Source: Luteolibacter sp. | Lineage (GTDB): Bacteria; Verrucomicrobiota; Verrucomicrobiia; Verrucomicrobiales; Akkermansiaceae | Assembly: GCA_039915545.1 (NCBI GenBank) | Contig: JBDSNC010000301.1 | Coordinates: forward strand, 4,977 to 68,976 | Direction: 5' to 3' | DNA length: 64,000 nt | Shown here: positions 19,839 through 29,318 of the stretch, one piece after another | How positions within the stretch are numbered: position 1 is the first letter of the stretch | Layout of the letters: every line of letters begins with the position of its first letter | Program-made: the position numbers and the translations under genes | The notes under the pieces: model-generated | What the model was told of the DNA's origin: nothing | What the model saw: only the letters and a program-made list of their open reading frames with translations | The model's database searches: none

Positions 19839-20034
19839 AAATTTCTGCCAGCTCTGGCAAGTCGAAAGAAAGTCCGGGCCTCTTGAACCCACCTTGGGGC
19901 GGGAGTAAAATTCGGAGCAGGGATCTTGTTTCCCGCTTTCGACACGCCCTTCTGCCACCGGCACTCGGATTTAAAGGTAAGCGGTTAACAGAGCACCTCT
20001 CGCATTTTTGCCAGAGATCTGGCGGTTATGGCAT

Positions 20035-21579
20035 CTATGCAACCCGGCTCTCGATGGTCTGACAGGCTGCCGGGCGGGTTTTGATCCAGTTGGCGGGCAG
20101 CAGCGCTTCGAGTTCTTCCGGCGCGGGGTGGTGCATCAGCTTTTCGAACACCCACTCGAAGTAGGCGAATGGATCCGATCCATGGCGACGGATTTGCTCG
20201 ACGAAGGTGTAGACGACCGCGCTTCGCCAGCCGGTGTGCTCGCCGCCGATGAACATCCAGTTCTTGTGACCGAGCTTGGTGGGGCGGATGGCGTTTTCGG
20301 TGAGGTTGTTGTCGAACTCGATCTGTCCGTCAATGAAGCAGGGTTCGAGGTGCGGCCATTGTTTGATCGCGTAGTCGAGCGCGTCGCCGAGTCCGCTTTT
20401 GGGGGTGATGCCACGGAAGCGGTTGAGGCGGCGAAACAGCTTGGTCAGATGATCGTAGGGTTTTCTGGATTCGAGCCAGCGTGCCCGCTGCCGTTGGAGG
20501 GGGGTGGCGTTCTGCTCACGCAGGCGTCTCTCGACCTGATAGATACTGCCGATGAGCAACAGGATGCGGGCGGTGATGCGCGGATGCTCGTCGCGGGCGT
20601 GCTTGAACTTGCGGCTGATGTGAGCGAGGCAGGAGACGGGCGTGATTTGGAGTTCAGGGTGGCGGTTGATGAATGTGCGGTAGGCGCGCAGGCCGTCGCT
20701 CTGGAGGTGGCCGCTGAATGAGGGTTCGCCATCCCCGCCGATGAGGATGGGGTCCAGGCAAGTGTTGGCGCGGCTTTTGTGCCAGTCGAAGAGGACTCCG
20801 TGTTCGGCGTGGTGATAAACCCAGAAGTAGCCCAGCGCGGTTTTTCCCGTGCCGGGTTCAAGACATCGCACCGGGGTTTCGTCGGCTTTGACGTAGTCGG
20901 CCCGTCGGAAGCGGCCGGCGAGGATTTGATAGAGGGGGCGCAGGCGGTCGGCGAGATGGTCGTGCCAGGAGCACATCAAGTTGCGGGTCAGATCGATGCC
21001 GTAAGCGGCCTTGAGTTTCCACTGCTCGCGGTAAAACGGGCTGTGATAACAGAACTTCTGGGTGAGCAGATAGGCTCCGAGCGATGGGGTGAGCACTGAA
21101 CCGGGAAGCAGGCAGGGTGCGAGCGGCGCGGTGAGTGGAATGGCATCGATTTCGTTTTTGCGCACGTGGGTGAGGCGCTTGATGATTTCGAGGGTGAAGG
21201 CGGCGGGCTTGACGTGGAGACGTTCGCTGACTTCTTCTCCGAGCAGGCGGAACTCTCCGGGCGCGGCGAGCACGTCGGGGTGGATGATTTCCCGAACGAC
21301 GGTGGGCAGGTTCCTGAGGGATTCACTGAGCTTGCTTGCGCGGCGGGCGCGGGGCTTCGAGTCAGCCGCCGGTCCTTGGTCTGCGGGAGCGGCGGCGGCG
21401 GGCTTTTTTGCTTCTTCCTCCAGGAACTGCATGAGGAGCTGATGGTGATCGAGCTTCTCGCTGCTGGATCCGTAGAGGCGCTTGAGCAGCGCGGCGACGA
21501 TGCTTTTCTGGAGGGCGAGCTCGGCCTTGAGTGAGGCGACTTCCGCGGTGAGTTCGTCGATCTTTTGTTCGGGCGTCTT
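20035..21579 (-). CDS. tnpC: IS66 DDE transposase TnpC; expected start codon reads AAG
   Basis: Motifs ADETPV, LQSDG, CLAH..RKF and DNNLTENAIRP. The frame extends upstream of ATG 21432 through LLKRLYGSSSEK to (K)TPEQKIDEL. Confidence 0.9.
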   Translation of the reverse strand, partial: KTPEQKIDELTAEVASLKAELALQKSIVAALLKRLYGSSSEKLDHHQLLMQFLEEEAKKPAAAAPADQGPAADSKPRARRASKLSESLRNLPTVVREIIHPDVLAAPGEFRLLGEEVSERLHVKPAAFTLEIIKRLTHVRKNEIDAIPLTAPLAPCLLPGSVLTPSLGAYLLTQKFCYHSPFYREQWKLKAAYGIDLTRNLMCSWHDHLADRLRPLYQILAGRFRRADYVKADETPVRCLEPGTGKTALGYFWVYHHAEHGVLFDWHKSRANTCLDPILIGGDGEPSFSGHLQSDGLRAYRTFINRHPELQITPVSCLAHISRKFKHARDEHPRITARILLLIGSIYQVERRLREQNATPLQRQRARWLESRKPYDHLTKLFRRLNRFRGITPKSGLGDALDYAIKQWPHLEPCFIDGQIEFDNNLTENAIRPTKLGHKNWMFIGGEHTGWRSAVVYTFVEQIRRHGSDPFAYFEWVFEKLMHHPAPEELEALLPANWIKTRPAACQTIESRVA

Positions 21580-21632
21580 GATGGAGTCCTAACCAGCAAA
21601 TGACATGCCAGCGTGGGATCATGATATGATAT

Positions 21633-21986
21633 TTATCGCAATTCATACCAAGGTCGTTGCAAGCCGTCGCGCAGGTCGATGCCGTCGGTGAGCATGGCGA
21701 GCGCGGTGGGCTTGAGGACAAGCTTGCGGCGGTCGCCCTCGATGTCCTTCGGCCAGCTGAACGTGCCCTTTTCGAGCCGTTTTGCCACCAGCCAGTATCC
21801 GGTTCCGTCGAAGTAGAGGATCTTGATGAGGTTTCTGGATTTGTTGGTGAAGAGGAAGGCCGCGCCGCTGAGCGGATCGAGGGCCAGGTGGTTGCGCACG
21901 AGGGTGGCGAGTGTGTTGAAACTCTTGCGCATGTCGCAGGGTTCCAGTGCGACATAGATCTTGAGATTGCCGTTGAAGGTGAGCAT
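21633..21986 (-). CDS. tnpB: IS66 accessory protein TnpB
   Basis: IYVALEPCDMRKSFNTL...FLFTNKSRNLIKILYFDGTGYWLVAKRLEKGTFSWP. Confidence 0.93.
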   Translation of the reverse strand: MLTFNGNLKIYVALEPCDMRKSFNTLATLVRNHLALDPLSGAAFLFTNKSRNLIKILYFDGTGYWLVAKRLEKGTFSWPKDIEGDRRKLVLKPTALAMLTDGIDLRDGLQRPWYELR

Positions 21987-21997
21987 GGCGGCCGGTG

Positions 21998-22360
21998 TCA
22001 GGCGAGTTGACGGAGAAGTTCCGCAAGCAAGCGGATTTGATCGGTGCCTGTGACGCTGGCCACGGCCCCGCCCGGCAGACGCACTTCCAGGGCCATGGCG
22101 AATTGGGACGCAAATTCGGCAAGAAGGAAGGCGGGCTGGGATTTGCCGGCCGGCTTGCTTCCGCCAGCACCGTGCGCCGCCACCCATGCGGCGAAGGTGG
22201 GGTATTTGATGCCGCACTGCCGGGCGAACTGCGGTGCACTCAGCCCGCTGCCTTCAAATGCAGCAAGGACCTCCTGCTTGTATTGACTGGTGTAACGGGT
22301 GCGCCCCGCGCGGTCGGATTTGACAATGGTTCCTGTGGGTTGCTCGATGATGGATGACAT
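21998..22360 (-). CDS. tnpA: IS66 accessory protein TnpA (HTH)
   Basis: GRTRYT...LAAFEGSGLSAPQFARQCGIKYPTFAAW...LEVRLPGG. Confidence 0.85.
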   Translation of the reverse strand: MSSIIEQPTGTIVKSDRAGRTRYTSQYKQEVLAAFEGSGLSAPQFARQCGIKYPTFAAWVAAHGAGGSKPAGKSQPAFLLAEFASQFAMALEVRLPGGAVASVTGTDQIRLLAELLRQLA

Positions 22361-22480
22361 AGCGTCCCATCCTATGCCCAACCCAGCCCCGCCGCATAGT
22401 GGGGTTCTGTTGACCGCTTACTCGCTTTCTGATTGATCCGGTCTATCAAACGGTCCTGCTAAGTGGCCGTCTTAAAAATG

Positions 22481-22668
22481 GCAGGGACCGTTCTCCGCAA
22501 CGGTCCTGCGAATGAGCAGTGAATGGATCCTCGCATGAAAAGCTCGAAAATCCGCCCATGCTCGATCATTCGCCTCTCATTCTCTTGGACCGCCCGGAGG
22601 TCGATCCCAGCCTTAGCATTACCTCTATGGCGGAATGAAGTGGGTCGGCCCAGCGGATCCGACCCTAC
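22481..22668. repeat. Pair of convergent REP-like palindromes
   Basis: gcagggaccgtt-ctccgc-aacggtcctgc (22481-22509, plus strand) and GTAGGGTCGG...CCGACCC (minus strand, 22642-22668). Confidence 0.4.
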
Positions 22669-22774
22669 CATTTGTCGATGGCCCGACCGTCCCGGCCCCA
22701 TTGATTTTTTCGTGAATCTTCATGATTTCATTGGTTCGAATTTCCCTTACATTGAGATGCGTACTGCCGTCGTA

Positions 22775-22827
22775 AAAACGAAAGTGGGGGTGGCGCGGGA
22801 TCCACTCGGACCATCCGCACCACCCCC
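22775..22827 (-). terminator. Probable intrinsic terminator of smc
   Basis: Minus-strand stem GGGGGTGGTGCGG/CCGCGCCACCCCC followed by ACTTTCGTTTTT. Confidence 0.55.
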
Positions 22828-22859
22828 GGTTTCCCTCTCCTGTCTGGAGATCTGTTATA

Positions 22860-25800
22860 TCATGCGTCGAGCCTGAGGGCGGCTTTCTGCGCGGCGCTTT
22901 TTGCTTCGGTTTTGCTACCGCCACCATCGGAGTTGGTGAGGCGCATGCCGACGGGTTTCGAAACACCGAACTCTTCCATCGTGACACCATACATCACGTC
23001 GGCGCGGGCCATGGTGCGCTTCGAGTGGGTGACGATGATGAACTGGCTGTGGTCGATGAAACGATCGAGAACTTTGACGAAGCGATTGATGTTGGATTCG
23101 TCGAGCGGCGCGTCGAGCTCGTCGAGAACGCAGAACGGGCTGGGCTTGATCATGTAGATCGAGAACAGCAGAGCGACGGCGGTCATCGAGCGCTCGCCAC
23201 CGGATAGAAGCGTGATCGACTGGAGTTTTTTGCCCGGAGGCTTTGCGATGACTTCGATGCCGGATTCGAGCGGGTCGCTTTCATCGAGAAGCGTGAGGTC
23301 GGCCTCGCCCTTTTCGCCGAAGAGTTCCTTGAACATCTCGCGGAAGTTGATTTTGACCTGCGCGAAGGTTTCGGAAAACAGACGCTGGGTCTCGATGTTG
23401 ATGCGGTCGATGACTTCCAACAGCTCGGCTTTCGACGATACGAGGTCGTCGTGCTGGGTCTTGAGGAAGGTGTAGCGTTCTTCGAGTTCCTCATATTCCT
23501 CAATGGCGTCGAGGTTGACCGGGCCCATCGCATCGAGACGGCGCTTGATGTCAGCGACGATGGATTCGACGAAATCCCAGTCGGGCTCGCCGACCATTTC
23601 ACCGGGAATTTCAATCGCATCATCGTTGGTGCCATCGACGACCACCGTTGGCATGTCGTCATCGGCGTTTTCATCGGACTCATCGCCGGTGACAAACGAT
23701 TGGCGGCCGCCGCGGCCTTGCAGGGCTTTCTGCGAAGCGATGGAAGCGAGAAGCGCGTGGGCGTCCGGCTCAAAACTGGATAGATCGATCTGGTGACGCT
23801 CCTGAATCGTGGTGACCAGGCTGTCCAGGCGGAGTTCGAGTTTGGTGGCGGTGATTTCCTCGCGTCCCTTTTGCTCGTTCACCTTCGAGTGATCGCGGCG
23901 GATGGCGGCGAGTTGGGTTTCGGCGGTTTCGATCGCTTCCAACAGAACCGTGCGACCTTCGGAGCGGGTGTTGATTTCCACTTGGAGATCTTCGACTTCT
24001 GCCCGGTGCGTCTCGCATTCTTCTGACAGACGGGCGTTTTCACCGTGTGCGGCTTCGATGCGCTGGTCGAACGAGGAAATTTCCGTTTCACGGCGGATGG
24101 CGGTCTCGCGGAGTTCCGACAGACGCGCTTCCATCGGCTTCTGCTGCTCTTCGGCGGACTGCTTCGCTCGGCGCTCGACGGCGAGCTCGGTGCGAAGTTC
24201 GTTGAGTTCCTCGACGATGTCCTGCTCCCGACGGACGACCGCATCCGACTCGGATTGCAGGCGGCGGCCTTCGTTTTCGAGCGCTTCGAGACGGTCGCGG
24301 GCGGAGGCGAGTTCGCTTTCCATCTGTTCGCGGCCTTCGGCGGCGGCGCGGTCGCGTTGGTCGAGGGCGCCGCGCTCCCATTTGACGTTTTCGATCTTGG
24401 TGTCGAAATTCTCTACCTCGCGCGAGGCGAGGCTGAGCTGGCCTTGAAGTGTTGATAGATCGACCTTCTGGCGTTGCAGCCGCTCACGGGAAACTTCGAC
24501 TTCCTCGCGGAGTTGTTCGAGGCGGGATTCCAGATCGATCACGCGCTGGCGGGCGGCTTCATCGGCCTGGGCGAGGGCTTCGACTTCGGCACCGAGGGAA
24601 CGGGCTTCGTTCGCGAGTTCCAGAACGGAGGTGGTGCCTTCGGCGCCGGTGCCGCCGCGGAGGATGCCTTCACCGGTGAGGATGACGCCTGCGAGAGTGA
24701 CCAGTGTGATGTTAGGGTGCGAGGGACGGAGACGGAGGGCCGTCGCTTGGTTAGGAACGATGAGGACCTTTTCCAGCAACCGCTCGATAACGGCGGAGAT
24801 GCGTTTGTCGGACTTCACCCGGTCGAGCGCCCATGCGGTGGCGCCTTCGGGAAGGGCTTCCATCTGCGTCCCGGCGGAGTGGGGGATGAAGGTTTCCGGC
24901 AGAATCGCCGCGACGCCCAACTGCTTTTCGGTGAGGCGGGTGATGATCGACTCGGCGACGGCCTGGTCTTGGACGAGGACGGCCTGAAGGTGGTTGCCGA
25001 GCACGGCTTCCACGGCGCGCGCGCATGTGTTGTCCGCTTCGATGAACGAAGCGAGCACGCCGTGGATGCCGGGCTTGAAAGTATCGGGTTGGCCGAGGCC
25101 AGCGAGCACGCTCCGTGTACCTTTTTCAAAGCCTTCGCCGCTTTCGACAAGCTGGCGGACGGCATCGAAACGGGCGGAGCGCTGGGCGAGAATCTTGTTG
25201 GATTCGACCGCCGCGGCGCGGGCGGCATCGAGATCGCCGCGGGTGTGCTGATAGGCACGTTCGGCGCTTTGGAAGGTTTCCTCGAGTTCCGCGAGCTGCG
25301 AACCGGTGGCTTCGACTTCGTTGGCGATGCGCGATTGTTCGGCGCGGTATTCCTCAAGCTCCAGGCTGAGGCGTTGTTCCTCATCGGCGAGCTGGCGGGC
25401 GCGTTCGCGGTTGCCTTCGAGCTGGGCGAGCGAGCTTTCGATTTTCGCCTGCATGGAGGCAATGATCGTCTGAGCACGGTTCGCTTCGCCACGGGTTTCG
25501 CGGAGGGCTGCCTCGATGCGCTCGCGCTCCTCGCGGGTTCCCTTGGTGCGGGTTTCCTGCTCGGCGAGCTGGATTTCCTTCTCAGCAATGATGCGGCTGA
25601 GTTGGTCGAGCGATTCGTTAGCGGCGATAAAATCGAATTCCTGCTGGGCGAGCTTTTCGCGGGTGGCGGCGATGTCCTCGTGGTTCTGGCGGATGCGGGA
25701 TTCCAGCTCGGCCTTGCGCTCGTCGTTGAATGCCATGCGGCCGGCGGCGGAGTTGAGCGCGTTGCGGTGCTCGTTGAGGCGCTGGCGGAGTTCTGCCAGT

Positions 25801-26645
25801 TCGCCCTCGAAAATCCGCGCGGCGGTGCGGGCTTCGGTGACCGCTTCTTCCTTCGCGGGAAGCTGCATTTCCAGCTCCGTGTCGCGCACTTCGAGGCCGC
25901 GGATGGAAACGGTGAGTTCGTCGCGCTCGGCGGTGAGTTCCACGAATTTCTTGTGGCCGAGATGGGTGTCAAGCACGCGGGTATCGGCGGCGAGCGCCTG
26001 GTAACGGCGGGCCTTGGCGACCTGGCGCTTGAGCGAATTCATCCGGCGTTCCTGTTCCGCGAGCACGTCCGAAACGCGGAGCAAGTTGGCCTCGGTGAAA
26101 TCCAGTTTGCGCAGTGCTTCCTTTTTCTCCTTCTTGAATTTCGTGATCCCGGCGGCTTCTTCAAACACCGCACGGCGTTCTTCAGGCTTCGAGGAAAGAA
26201 TCTGGTCGATCTGGCCCTGAGCCATGATCGAGTAGGCGGTCCGGCCGATCCCGGTGTCCATCAACAGGTCGTGAATGTCCTTGAGGCGGCAGAGGGTGCC
26301 GTTGATCCGATACTCCGAGCGCCCGTCGCGGAAAACCCGGCGGGTGAGGGCGACTTCATTGAAATCTACTTTCAGCGGGCCTTCGCAATCGGCCATCGTC
26401 AGCGTGACCTCCGCCATGCCGAGTGGCTTGCGCTTTTCCGTGCCGTTGAAAATGACGTCCGCCATTTCGCCGCCGCGGAGGGCTTTGGCGGAAGTTTCGC
26501 CGAGCACCCAGCGGATCGCGTCGACCACGTTGGACTTGCCACAGCCGTTCGGGCCGACGATGCCGGTCACGCCCTTGGCGAACTCGAAGAGGGTTTTATC
26601 GGCGAACGACTTGAAGCCGTGGATTTCCAGAGTTTTGAGATACAT
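22860..26645 (-). CDS. smc: Chromosome segregation protein SMC
   Basis: GFKSFA, Walker A GPNGCGKSN, long coiled coils, hinge, LLSGGE signature, LDELDAPLD. Confidence 0.98.
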   Translation of the reverse strand: MYLKTLEIHGFKSFADKTLFEFAKGVTGIVGPNGCGKSNVVDAIRWVLGETSAKALRGGEMADVIFNGTEKRKPLGMAEVTLTMADCEGPLKVDFNEVALTRRVFRDGRSEYRINGTLCRLKDIHDLLMDTGIGRTAYSIMAQGQIDQILSSKPEERRAVFEEAAGITKFKKEKKEALRKLDFTEANLLRVSDVLAEQERRMNSLKRQVAKARRYQALAADTRVLDTHLGHKKFVELTAERDELTVSIRGLEVRDTELEMQLPAKEEAVTEARTAARIFEGELAELRQRLNEHRNALNSAAGRMAFNDERKAELESRIRQNHEDIAATREKLAQQEFDFIAANESLDQLSRIIAEKEIQLAEQETRTKGTREERERIEAALRETRGEANRAQTIIASMQAKIESSLAQLEGNRERARQLADEEQRLSLELEEYRAEQSRIANEVEATGSQLAELEETFQSAERAYQHTRGDLDAARAAAVESNKILAQRSARFDAVRQLVESGEGFEKGTRSVLAGLGQPDTFKPGIHGVLASFIEADNTCARAVEAVLGNHLQAVLVQDQAVAESIITRLTEKQLGVAAILPETFIPHSAGTQMEALPEGATAWALDRVKSDKRISAVIERLLEKVLIVPNQATALRLRPSHPNITLVTLAGVILTGEGILRGGTGAEGTTSVLELANEARSLGAEVEALAQADEAARQRVIDLESRLEQLREEVEVSRERLQRQKVDLSTLQGQLSLASREVENFDTKIENVKWERGALDQRDRAAAEGREQMESELASARDRLEALENEGRRLQSESDAVVRREQDIVEELNELRTELAVERRAKQSAEEQQKPMEARLSELRETAIRRETEISSFDQRIEAAHGENARLSEECETHRAEVEDLQVEINTRSEGRTVLLEAIETAETQLAAIRRDHSKVNEQKGREEITATKLELRLDSLVTTIQERHQIDLSSFEPDAHALLASIASQKALQGRGGRQSFVTGDESDENADDDMPTVVVDGTNDDAIEIPGEMVGEPDWDFVESIVADIKRRLDAMGPVNLDAIEEYEELEERYTFLKTQHDDLVSSKAELLEVIDRINIETQRLFSETFAQVKINFREMFKELFGEKGEADLTLLDESDPLESGIEVIAKPPGKKLQSITLLSGGERSMTAVALLFSIYMIKPSPFCVLDELDAPLDESNINRFVKVLDRFIDHSQFIIVTHSKRTMARADVMYGVTMEEFGVSKPVGMRLTNSDGGGSKTEAKSAAQKAALRLDA

Positions 26646-26743
26646 TCAGACAGGAGCAGGTTAGGGGTGACGCCCGAGAGGGAAGTGGGCAAAGCGGAGA
26701 CTACCCCTGCTCCTAGGCCAAAGCAACCTGCGAGCGGTTGAAC

Positions 26744-26791
26744 ACACTGTATTTGGTGTTTGTTTTTCATTTTTACCACAAGATGCTGTGT
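26744..26791. promoter_or_regulatory. Tandem NrdR-box-like sites upstream of smc
   Basis: acactgtatttggtgt (26744-26759) and ccacaagatgctgtgt (26776-26791) resemble acaCwAtATaTwGtgt and start 32 bp apart. Confidence 0.6.
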
Positions 26792-26993
26792 TTTGTGAAA
26801 TCTTAGGTTTCCAAAGTAATTTGCAGAAACGGTTTTCCATGCTTCGAACGGGCGATTTTGAGAGATCCGTTTCGCATCGTGTGACGGATATGGTGTGGGC
26901 GAGCCATCTTTGGATTTCTCCTGCAAATCCTTCGGTTTCAGCGAAACACTTTGCGGTCATTGAAAAATGTGTAACCCTCACAACTAGAAAATC

Positions 26994-29315
26994 ATGTGCC
27001 GCCGTCCGTTTCTCCCGATCGTTTCCCTGCTTCTCCTTTGCATTTTCAGTCTGGCGAGCGCCTGGGCCAAGGCCCCTGCGGTTCCCTTGGGCCTGAAGGT
27101 GACGCCGCTGGGGGTGAATTCCTTCAAAGTGGACTGGACGGACAACTCAACCAATGAGACCGGTTTTGAATTGCGTGTCGGCCTCAAAGGCAAAAGCAAT
27201 CCTCCGAGATTTCTCCTGATTCCTTCTTCGGCCTTTCCCGTTCCTGATAAGGCGAAAAAATCCTACACGATCGTCACCAATCCTCTGGCGGGCAAGGAAC
27301 TGAATTTCCAAATGACGGCCTATAACGGAGCGACCGGGTTCGAGGTTTTTTCGAATCCCACGCCTATCGTGACGGTCAGGGCTCTCTCGCCATCAGTTTT
27401 CGCGGCGCCGACCAAATTCAAAGTAAAAATCCTCAATGAGTTTCAAATGAGTTTCAGTTGGAAGGATAACTCAACTTCCGAATACGCCTACCAAGTGGAA
27501 TATAAAAAGGGCAAAGGCAAATGGACGCTTTTGACCACCTTGGGTCCGAGCATAAGCTATGGTCTCATTGCATCAGTCTTTACTCCTGATACTACCTATT
27601 CATTCCGCGTCAGGGCTTACAAACTGAATCCTGTGGTTTACACCCCGTATTCGGAAGTGGTCACTGTCAGCACCGCTGCATTCCAAGCACCCGGCAATCT
27701 GGTGGCTACGGTGAGTCCTGAAGCGAAATTTGCTTTCAAATGGAAGGACAACTCATTGCTGGAGGAAGGCTATGAATTGCAAGCGAAGTCCGGGACGGGC
27801 GCGTTCACGGTTCTGGGAACGGTGGCAACCAACACCACCTCGACCGTGCCGGTTGCTGTTGCGAACTCCAACACGGACTACCAATTCCGGATCCGGGGAT
27901 TCAGAACCGTCAAGAACGTCAAAGTCTATTCCGCGTTTTCCAATGTGTTTTCCGCAAAATCCTCCACTTTCATCAAGCCTACGGACCTTGTTGCAAAAGT
28001 GGTTGACGATACTTCGATCAAACTTACTTGGAAAGATCTTTCAGCCCGCGAGACGGGCTATCAGATCCAGTTCAGGGAGGCGGGCGCGTCCACTTTCGAT
28101 CTTGCCGGAACCATTGCTGCAAATGCGACAACCACACCGGTGTATGAACTCGATCCGGGAAAGCTTTACGATTTCAGGATACGGGCGGTTGATTCGGTCG
28201 GTTATTCTGACTTTTCCCAAACCGTCCAAGTTTCGACGAAAGACGGCATCACCAGCGCGCTCAATCCCCAGATCTCGTTGGGATATTCTTTTGATTACAC
28301 CGTCCAAAGCTCCAATCCTGCCAATCTCACAGGAGTGACTGTGACCGGACTGCCTGTTGGACTCACCTACAATCCGGTGACCCGCAAGATCACAGGATTT
28401 GCGAAAACGGAAGGACAGACGACGGTTACCATTGTCGCAACCTATAGCGACGGCCACACATCCACCCGGTCGCTCATATTGAAGGTCGGCCGGGCGTCTC
28501 CCATCGTGGCGCAGACGTTCTCACCGGTAACTGTTGCCGTTTCAGGAAACTCCAAAGTATCGGTTGAGGGCAAATTCTCCGATCCGGATACCACCAGCGC
28601 GGCACGGTTCGTTTCCTCGCTCGGCACCTTCGACATAATCTTATTCCCGGAAGCCGCTCCCATCACCGTAGACAATTTCATTGATTACATCGACGGGGCC
28701 AAATACGATAATTCTTTCATCCATCGCTCGCCGTTAACGACTCCTGTAATACAGGGAGGAGGTTTCAGATATTCCCAAGCTGAAGGCATCACCGAAATAA
28801 CCAATACCGGAACCATAAAAAACGAGCCTGGACTATCGAATGTTCGGGGGACAATTGCTATGGCGAGAGTGGGGGGAATGGTCAATAGCGCTACTTCTCA
28901 ATGGTATATTAACACAGCTAGCAACGACTCACTGGATTCGATTGACGAAGGCTTTACGGTCTTTGGAAGAGTTGCCACTTCCGGAATGGCAGTAGTTGAT
29001 CAGATCAGAGGTCTCCCTATCGGTAATTACACATCACAAACCGGTTTTTCTGCTCTTAATGAACTCCCAGTCAATGCGCCGACTGCCCCGGATACCTTGG
29101 ATCCTGCAAATCTGGTGATAATCACGTCTGTCGGACCGGCTCCGCTCCTCATCTATCAGGTGGCCAGCAGCAACACCGCGATCGCCACCGCCAGCTTGAA
29201 CGGCACGGAAATCACGATCACCGGTGTGAAGAAGGGAAGCACCACCATTCAGGTGAAGGCGACCGATCTCGATGGCAAGACCGTGACGCAGAACATCGCG
29301 GTGACCGTGCCCTGA
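26994..29315 (+). CDS. Secreted protein with four FN3 domains, a putative Ig domain and a cyclophilin-type peptidyl-prolyl isomerase domain
   Basis: WxDNSxxExGYxxE FN3 repeats; APITVDNFIDYI...FIHR...VIQGGG...NVRGTIAMAR...SATSQWYIN...FTVFGRV. Confidence 0.9.
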   Translation: MCRRPFLPIVSLLLLCIFSLASAWAKAPAVPLGLKVTPLGVNSFKVDWTDNSTNETGFELRVGLKGKSNPPRFLLIPSSAFPVPDKAKKSYTIVTNPLAGKELNFQMTAYNGATGFEVFSNPTPIVTVRALSPSVFAAPTKFKVKILNEFQMSFSWKDNSTSEYAYQVEYKKGKGKWTLLTTLGPSISYGLIASVFTPDTTYSFRVRAYKLNPVVYTPYSEVVTVSTAAFQAPGNLVATVSPEAKFAFKWKDNSLLEEGYELQAKSGTGAFTVLGTVATNTTSTVPVAVANSNTDYQFRIRGFRTVKNVKVYSAFSNVFSAKSSTFIKPTDLVAKVVDDTSIKLTWKDLSARETGYQIQFREAGASTFDLAGTIAANATTTPVYELDPGKLYDFRIRAVDSVGYSDFSQTVQVSTKDGITSALNPQISLGYSFDYTVQSSNPANLTGVTVTGLPVGLTYNPVTRKITGFAKTEGQTTVTIVATYSDGHTSTRSLILKVGRASPIVAQTFSPVTVAVSGNSKVSVEGKFSDPDTTSAARFVSSLGTFDIILFPEAAPITVDNFIDYIDGAKYDNSFIHRSPLTTPVIQGGGFRYSQAEGITEITNTGTIKNEPGLSNVRGTIAMARVGGMVNSATSQWYINTASNDSLDSIDEGFTVFGRVATSGMAVVDQIRGLPIGNYTSQTGFSALNELPVNAPTAPDTLDPANLVIITSVGPAPLLIYQVASSNTAIATASLNGTEITITGVKKGSTTIQVKATDLDGKTVTQNIAVTVP

Positions 29316-29318
29316 TCG

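Larger units (their letters stand above)
19977..22421 (-). mobile_element. IS66-family insertion sequence (tnpA-tnpB-tnpC), no flanking target-site duplication
   Basis: Terminal IRs GTAAGCGGTTAACAGAGCACC (19977) and GTAAGCGGTCAACAGAACCCC (reverse, ends 22421). The 8-bp flanks atttaaag and tcgctttc differ. Confidence 0.93.

Noticed and set aside
24474-26741. 755-aa plus-strand ORF
   Set aside because: It is an antisense shadow of smc in high-GC DNA with no recognisable motifs.
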